Shown: positions 55,353 through 64,000 of the stretch, one piece after another
Numbering within the stretch: position 1 is the first letter of the stretch
How the letters are laid out: each line of letters opens with the position of its first letter
Source: the human T2T-CHM13v2.0 reference genome, Homo sapiens
DNA: 64,000 nucleotides
NCBI RefSeq assembly: GCF_009914755.1
Contig: NC_060939.1
Reading direction: 5' to 3' (one strand)
Program-made: the position numbers and the translations under genes
The notes under the pieces: model-generated
Database searches by the model: none
Told to the model about the DNA's origin: nothing
The model's input: the letters and a program-made list of their open reading frames with translations, nothing else

Positions 55353-57653
55353 TAATAACAGAATTGATCAAACAGAAGAAATAATTAGTGAGCTTGAAGA
55401 CAGGCTGTTTGAAAATACACAGTCCGAGGAGACAAAAGAGAAAAGAATGAAGCACACCTACAGGATCTAGGAAATATCTTCAAAAGGGCAAAGCTAAGAG
55501 TTATTGGCCTTAAAAAGAAGGTGGTGGGGGGGTAGAAAGCTTATTCAAAGGGATAATAACAGAGGACTTCCCACATCTAGAGAAATATATCAATATTCAA
55601 GTACAAGAAGGCTGTAGAACACCAAGCAGATTTAACCCAAAGAAGAATGCCTCAAGGCATTTAATAATCAAACTCCCAAAGGTAAAGGATAAAGAAAAGA
55701 TCTTAAAAGCAGCATGAGAAAAGAAACAAGTAACATACAATGGAGCTCCAATATGCCTGGCAGCAGACTTTTCAGTGGAAACTTTATAGGCCAGGAAAGA
55801 GTGGCATGACACATTTAAGGTGCTGAAGGAAAAAAATCTTTTATCCTAGAATAGTATATCTGGTGAAAACATCCTTCAAACATGAGGGCAAAATAAAGAC
55901 TTTCCTAGACAAACAGAAGCTGAGAGATTTCATCAACATCAGACCTGTCCTATAATAAATGCTAAAGGGAGTTCTTCAATCAGAAAGAAAAGGATGCTGA
56001 GGAACAATAAGAAATCATCTGAAGGTACAAAACCCAGAGGTAATAGTGAATGCTCAGAAAAACACAGAATGTTATAAAACTGTAATTGTTGTATGTAAAC
56101 TACTTAAACCTTGAGTAGAGTGTTGAAAAGATGAATCAATCAAAAATAATAACTACAAAAACTTTTAAAGACATGGACAGTACAATAAGATATAAATAGA
56201 AAAAACAAAAAGTTTAAAAGGTAGGTGATAAAGTTAAAGTACAGAGTTTTTATTAGATTTCCTTCTGCTTGTTTGTTTATGGAATCAGTTTTAAGTTGTC
56301 ATCAGTATAAAATATTGGTTTATAAGATATTATCTGCAAGCCTCATGGTAACCTCAAATCTAAAAACATACAATGCATTCACAAAAGATAAAAATCAAGA
56401 AATTAAAATATACTACTAGAGAAAATCACCTTCACTAAAAGGAAGACAAGAAGGAAGGAAGAGATGACCACACAACAACCAGAAAACTAATAATAAAATG
56501 ACAAAAGTCCCTGTTTATCAATAACAACATTTAATATAAATGGACTAAACCTCCAATGAAAAGATATAGAGTGGCTGAATGGATGAAAAAACAAGGCCCA
56601 ATGATCTGTTGCTTACAAGAATCACACTTCACCTATAAAGACACACACAGACTGAAAATAAAGGGAGGGAAAACATACTCTATGCCAATGGAAATAAAAA
56701 AAAAGCAGGAGTAGCTATACTTATATAAGACAAAATAGACTTCAAGACAAAAACTATAAAAAGAGACATAGAAGGTCACTATGATAAAGGAATCATTCAG
56801 CAAGAGATTATAACTACTGTAAATATACATGCACCCAACACTGGAGCACCTAGATATATAAAGCAAATATTATCTGAGCTAAAGAGAAAGAAAGGCCCTA
56901 ATACAATAACAACTAAAGACTTCAACACTCCAATTTCAGCATTGGATAGATCATCCAGACAGAAGTTCAATAAAGAAACATCAGACTTAATCTGAACTAT
57001 AGACCAAATGGATCTAATAGATATTTGCAGAACATTTCACCCAAAAGCTGCAGAATACACATTCTTCTCCTGGGGACATGGATAATTTTCAAGATAGACC
57101 ATATGTTCAGCCACAAAACAAGTCTTAAAACATTCAAAAAATTGAAATAATATCAAGTATCTTCTCTGACCACAATAGAATAAAACTAGAAATCAATAAC
57201 AAGAGGAATTTTGGAAACTATACAAACATGGAAATTAAATAATATGCTCCTGAATGACCAGTGGATCAATGACAAGATTAAGAAGAAAATTGAAAAATAT
57301 TTTGAAACAAATGATAATGGAAACACAACATACCAAAACCTATGGGATACAGCAAAAGCAGTACCAGAAGGGAAGTTTATTGCTGTAAGTGCCTACATCA
57401 AAAAAAGAGAAAAACTTCAAAAACAACAACAAACCAACAGAAAGAAACACCTAACTGCATCTTCAAGAACTAGAAAAGCAAGAGCAAATAAGCCCAAAGT
57501 TAGAAGAAGAAATTAAATAATAAAGATCAGAGCAAAAATAAATGAAATTAAATGAAGAAAACAAAAGATCAATGAAACAAAAAGTTTTTTAAAAAGATAA
57601 ACAAAAGTGACAAAACTTTAGTCAGACTAGATAAGAAAAAAAGACAGAACCTA

Positions 57654-57957
<304 letters not shown>

Positions 57958-58186
57958 AATTAAATCAGAGATGAAAAGGAGACATTATAACCAATACCAC
58001 AGAAATTCAAGGGATCATTAGAGGCCACTGTGAGCAATTATATGCCAATAAATTGGAAAATCTAGGGAAAAAATGGATAAATTCCTAGACACATACAACC
58101 TACCAAGACTGAACCATGAAGAAATCCAAATCCTGAAGAGACCAATAAAAAGTAATGAGATCAAAGCTGTAATAAAAATCTCCCAG

Positions 58187-58397
58187 CAGGGGAACAACAC
58201 ATACTAAGGCCTACTGGGGGACGGGGCGGGAGGGAGAGCATTAGGAAAAATAGCTAATGCATACTGGGCTTAATATTTTGGATGATGTGTTGATAGGTGC
58301 AGCAAACCACCATGGCACACGTTTACCTATGTAACAAACCTGCACATCCTGCAAATGTACACCAAAACTTAACATTAAAATTAAAATTACAGTTAAA
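58187..58397 (+). mobile_element. Short L1PA 3' end inserted in L1 ORF2
   Basis: GGTGCAGCAAACCACCATGGCAC..TTTACCTATGTAACAAACCTGCAC; perfect TSD AAAAATCTCCCAG at 58174-58186 and 58398-58410. Confidence 0.92.
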
Positions 58398-58585
58398 AAA
58401 AATCTCCCAGTGAAGAAAACCCAGCAAATGATGGCTTCGCTGCTGAATTTTACCAAATATTTAAAGAACGAATAGCAATCCAACCCAAACTATTCTGAAA
58501 AACAGAGTGGAGGGAATACTTTCAAACTCATTCTACAAGGCCAGTTTTACCCTGATACCAAAACCAGACAAAAATACATCAAAAA

Positions 58586-58639
58586 GCGAGAGAGAGACAG
58601 AGAGAGAGAGAGAGAGACAGAGAGAACGAGAGAGAGAGA
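58586..58639. repeat. (GA)n imperfect microsatellite inside L1 ORF2
   Basis: Read directly. Confidence 0.93.
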
Positions 58640-60043
58640 ATAGTATCTCTGATGAATACTGATGCAAAAATTCTCAACAAAATACTAGTAAACTAAATTC
58701 AACAACATATTAAAAAGATCATTCACCATGACCTAGTGGGACTTATCCCAGGGATGCAAGGATGGTTCACCATATGCAAATCAATCAATCTGATACATCA
58801 TATCAATAGAATGAAGGACAAAAAACATATGAGTATTTCATTAATGCTGAGAAAGCATTTTATAAAATTCAACATCCCTTAGTGATAAAAGCCCTTAAAA
58901 AACTGGATATAGAAGGAATATACCTCAACAGAATGAAAGCAATATTTGACAGACCCAGAGCTAGTATAGTGAATGGGGAAAAACTGAAAGCCTTTCCTCT
59001 AAGATCTGGAACATGACAACAATGCCCACTTTCACCACTGTTATTCAACGTAGCACTGGAAGTCCTACCTAGAGCAATCAGACAAGAGAAAGAAATACAG
59101 GGTATCCAAATCAGAAAGAGAGAAGTCAAATTATCCTTGTTTGCAGATGATATGATCATATTTGGAAAAACCTAGTCTACCAAAAAACTATTAGAACTGA
59201 TAAACAAATTTATTAAACTTGTAGGGTACAAAATCAACACACAAAAATCAGTAGCATTTCTATATGTCAAGAGTGAACAATCTGAAAAAGAAATCAAGAA
59301 ACGAACCCCATTTACAGTAACTACCAATAAAATTAAATAGCTAGGAATTAACCAAAGAAGTGAAAAATCTGTACAATGAAAACTATAAAACATTGATCAA
59401 AGAAATTAAAGAGGACACCAAAAAATGGAAAGATATTCCATGTTCATGGATTAGAAGAATCATCATTAAAATGTCCATACTACCCAAAGCAATCTAAAGA
59501 TTCAATGCAATCTCTATCAAAATACCAATGACATTTCTCACAGAAATAGAAAAAAGTTATAAAATTTATATGAAACCACAAAAGACCTAGAATAGTCAAA
59601 GCTATCCTAAGCAAAAAGAACAAAACTGGAGGAATCATATTACCTGACTTCAAATTACACCACCAAGCTATAGTAACCAAAACAGCATGGGACTGGCTTA
59701 AAAACAGACACATAGACTGATGGAGCAGAATAGAGAACCCAGAAACAAATCGATACATCTGCAATGAATTCATTTTTGACAAAGGTGCCAAGAACATAAA
59801 TTGTGGAAAGGGCAGTCTCTTCAATAAATGGTGCTGGAAAAACTAAATATCCATATGCAGAAGAATGAAACTGGACTCCTCTATCTCTGGCCAGATCCAA
59901 AAATCAAACCAAAATGGATTAAAGACTTAAATCTAATACCTCATATTATGAAACTACTATAAGAAAACATTAGAGAAACCAGGACATTGGACTGGGCAAA
60001 GATTTCTTTAGTAATACCCCACAAGCACAGGCAACCAGAGCAA

Positions 60044-60113
60044 AAAGGGACAAATGGGATCAGATCAAGTTAAAAAGCAAAGGGACAAATGGGATCAGAT
60101 CAAGTTAAAAAGC
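60044..60113 (+). repeat. Perfect 35-bp tandem duplication
   Basis: AAAGGGACAAATGGGATCAGATCAAGTTAAAAAGC twice (60044-60078, 60079-60113). Confidence 0.97.
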
Positions 60114-61254
60114 TTTTGCACAGTGAAGGAAACAATTAACAAAGTGAAGAGAAAACCCACAGAATGGGAGAAAATATTTGCAAACTATCCATCTCACAAG
60201 GGATTTATAACCAGAATATATAAGTAGTGCAAACAAATCTATAGGAAAAAAAATCCAATAAAATAATTAAAAATGGGCAAAAGATCTGACTAGACATTTT
60301 TCAAAAGAAGACATACAAATGGCAAACATTTATATGAAAAAGTGCTCGACATCATTGATCATCAGAGAAATGAAAATCAAAATTATAATGAGATACCATC
60401 TTATCCCAATTAAAATGGCTTTTATCCAAAAGACAGACAATAATCAATTCTGGTGAGGATGTGGAGAAAGGGGAACCTCATAGACTGTTGGTGGGGATGT
60501 AAATTAATATAGGCACTATGGAGAACAGTTTGGAGGTTCCTGAAAGAATTGAAAATAGAGCTACCATATGATCCAGCAATCCCACTCGTAGGTATATACA
60601 CAAAAGAAAGGGAATCAGTATATCAAAGTGATATCTACAGTCTCATGTTTATTGAAGCACTGTTCACAATAGCCAATATTTGGAAGCAACCTAAATGTCT
60701 GTTAACAGATGAATGGACAAAGAAAATGTGATACTTATTTGCAATGGAGTACTATTTGGCCATGAAAAAAAAGAGATCCCATCATTTGCAAAAACATGGA
60801 TGAAACTGGAGGTCTTTATGTTAAGTGAAAGAAGCCAGGCACAGAAAGACAAACTTCTCATGCTCTCATTTATTTGTGAGTACTAAAAATTTTTTTAATT
60901 GAACTCATGGAGAGTAGAATGATGGTTACCAGAGGCTGGGAAGGGCCATTGAGGAGTGGTGGGAGGGAAATGGAGATGGTTAATGGGTATATAAAATAGT
61001 TTAAAAAGAATGAGTAAGATCTAGTATTTGATAGCACAACATGGTGATGTAATAATTTAATCATAAATTTAAAAATAACTAAAGAATATAACTGGATTGT
61101 TTGTAACACAAAGGATACATGCTTGAGGTGATGGAAACCCATATACCCAGATGTGATTATTACACATATATGCCTGTATCAAAATATCCCAAACACCCCA
61201 TAAATATATATACCTACTATGTACCCACAAAAATTAGAAGTTAAAAAAGAAAAA

Positions 61255-61750
61255 GAACTCCAGGTTGCTGAGGATTTTTTCTTTCATCACTTTAAAAACT
61301 TCATGTTCTTGCATAATTTCTGATGAGAAGCCTGTTGTAATTTTTATTCTTGTTCCTCTGTAGATGAGGTGGGTTTTGTTTTTTTTTTTTTTACTCTGGC
61401 TTCTTGACAGATTTTCTCTTTGTCGCAGTTTGACTATAATATGTGTAAGTGTAGCCTTTTGTTATTTATCCTGCTTGTTATTTTCTGTGCTTCGGAATCT
61501 GTGGTTTGGTGTCCCTCTGGTATTCCTGATTGCACATATACACATCTTGATACTGTTCCCACAGATTTTAGATGTTCTGCTCTGGTTGGGTGTTTTTTTT
61601 GTTTTGTTTTGTTTTTTATCCTGGTCCTTTAAAAGTATATTGACTTTTGCATTATTCTTCTCTTTTCTCTTTCCATTTCAGTTTGGGAAGTTTCCACTGC
61701 CATATCTTCAAGCTCATTGATTCTTTGGCTGTGTCCATCTGCATGTCCGT
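61255..61750 (-). mobile_element. Older L1M fragment, right part of the split element
   Basis: TTTCTGATGAGAAG.CTGTTGTAA..TTATTCTTGTTCCTCTGTA..; collinear continuation of 52150-52762. Confidence 0.8.
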
Positions 61751-62465
61751 TTTCAATCTTGCTTTTAACACAGGAGATACATTAAATCAGCACACAAAGA
61801 CAGTAGAATTTTTTACATCATATTTAAATCTAGAATTGTGCATAGTAAAGAGGGAATTTAGTTTGGGAAATCTAATATTAGAATAAGGAGACTCAAAAGA
61901 ACCACTCATTCTGCCTTAGATTGAACAAGAAAGGTAAAATTATAACACTCTGAAAAGCAAAAATTAAATGTTCAAATAAAGCAGACTCCATGGTTGGAGG
62001 CACCATGTTTTACTGGATGTGACACACAGTTCACATTTCCTGGGGTGTAGAGAAAATAGTTGTATGTTAAAAAAACATGCACTTGACTCTATTCCACAGG
62101 GGATTAAGCAAAAGAGAAGTCAGAAACAAACTTGGCCATTAATGAAAAACAGTGGGGATAGTGAATCCTTACCACAACCCACTAACATTGATAAGAAATG
62201 TTAATTTTCTTTCAGTAGAAAATAAAACTGTCTTTGGTTCTGATTAAACTGGTTTTTAAATGTTTCCAGAAAAGACAATGAGGAAGATCTTTTAAAAGAG
62301 CCTGATTTGTAAGTGATCTGGAAGTCTTGCATTCACTGTTGGCAAGGATACCAGTTGTATACAGATTCAGGAATTCCACTGGTGGACGCTTATCAGCTAA
62401 ATATCTAATGATAGAGAAAAACAAAATAATTTTGTATTAAAGAGAAAAACATCCTTTTATAACTA

Positions 62466-62753
<288 letters not shown>

Positions 62754-63049
62754 CTATATTTCTTTATTACTTTTTTAGGCTACAGTGCAAAATGATAGAT
62801 GGAAATGGATAATTTTATGGTTAGAAAAGTGAAAAAGTTTATGGCCATCAAAAATCTTTCAGGTAAAGCAGAAGCTGAGTGTGCTAAGAATGTAAATTTA
62901 AGCTATCTATAGGTCTCAAAGCCCTAATCCAACTAAAATGACTTGGAATGATATGTTCTCCTCAAGCTTAGAGAAAGAACCAAGTCATAAATAAGCCATA
63001 ACTCTTAACAGCTATGGGTTACTACAAAAAGTAGAATTTAAAAACCAGT

Positions 63050-63341
63050 GGCCAGGTGGGGTGGCTTATACCTGTAATCAGTGCTTTGGGATGCCAAGGT
63101 GGGAGGATCACTTGAGGTTAGGAATTCAAAATCAGCCTGGACAACGCAGGGAAATCCCATCTCTAAAAAGTTTTTTTTAAAGTACCTGAACATGGTGCTG
63201 TATGCTTGTAATCACGGCTACTCAGAACGATGAGGTAGGAGGATTCCTTGAGGCCAGGAGTTTGAGGTTACAGTGAACTATGATCATGACACTGCACTCC
63301 AGCCTGGATGACAGAGTGAGTCCCCAACTCCAAAAAAAAAT
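63050..63341 (+). mobile_element. AluJ, full length, diverged
   Basis: GGAGGATCACTTGAGG, CAGTGAACTATGATCAT. Confidence 0.92.
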
Positions 63342-63429
63342 TTTTTAAGGTAGACAATTCATACTTGTATCTAAGGCTAAATTTCTTCTGTCTACTAGAT
63401 AAATACCATTAACAAGCAAACATTTTTTA

Positions 63430-64000
63430 TCTTTAAAAAGCAAATTAAAGTCTCTATCAGTATTTTTCTCCAGCCCATTTCTCTGGAAAACTCCTAGAAA
63501 GAGCGATCTCTACCTGCCATCTCCACTCCTCCTCTCATTCTCTCAATGCCACTATGCCCATAAATAGCTCTTATCAAAGTTGTCAACAATTTCAGTGTTT
63601 TCAAATCCAATGGTCAGTCCTCAATCATCCAACCCATTCTATTCAATCTCTCAGTCCTCATGAAACACTTTCTTCACTTAGTTTTCAGGATGCTACACTT
63701 TCTGGGTTTCCTCCTCCATCACTGTCTACTCCTTCTCAGAAATATTGGCTGGTTCATCCTCATCTTTCTGACTGTGGTATCAAGAGCTCAATCTTAGACT
63801 CTCATCCTTCCTCTATTTATATTTGCTTACCAGATGATCTCATTCAGCCTCATTTCTATGCTGACAACTCCCAGTTGAAATTTCTCCAGCCCTGTTCACT
63901 CACCAGAACTGCATATCTAAAGCTCCTTTTGGACAGCAATAGACATTTCAAATTTAACATGAGCAACACCAAATTCTTGATTTCACTACTACCTCCCCTG
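63430..64000 (+). mobile_element. L2 RT-region fragment
   Basis: C/T-rich L2 motifs; TATGCTGACAACTCCCAG (63857-63874) translates YADNSQ, a decayed RT YADD motif. Confidence 0.8.

Overview
Primate genomic DNA, almost certainly human chr15q21.1, covering the 5' end of FBN1 (fibrillin-1) on the minus strand. The non-coding first exon (about 15979/15900-15766) and the first coding exon (15141-14797, ATG at 14960) lie in a CpG island at about 14800-16580. Positions 1-14796 are the start of the long following intron; the next constitutive coding exon is not in the window. Everything right of about 16.6 kb is upstream/intergenic, repeat-rich sequence: Alu, MIR, L2, MLT1 LTRs, MER5/MER58, MADE1, Tigger3, degraded L1s, and a full-length but dead 8.5-kb L1MA-type element with nested insertions. 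A divergent plus-strand lncRNA probably starts in the island. No CRISPR arrays, tRNA/rRNA genes or other protein-coding genes are supported, and nearly all listed ORFs are spurious or repeat-derived. I found no wholly new biological system. The best leads concern FBN1 output: (1) a candidate intronic terminal exon at 11881 that would give a 61-aa secreted, furin-cleavable micro-fibrillin ending GETCLPF; (2) a stop codon embedded in the exon's 5' splice site, giving a 55-aa read-through product; (3) a spliced 5' leader with no stop and no AUG in the fibrillin frame; (4) paired palindromes at the TSS; (5) a MADE1/miR-548-like hairpin between inverted Alus upstream. Repeat subfamily calls are from memory of consensus sequences, and repeat boundaries are approximate.
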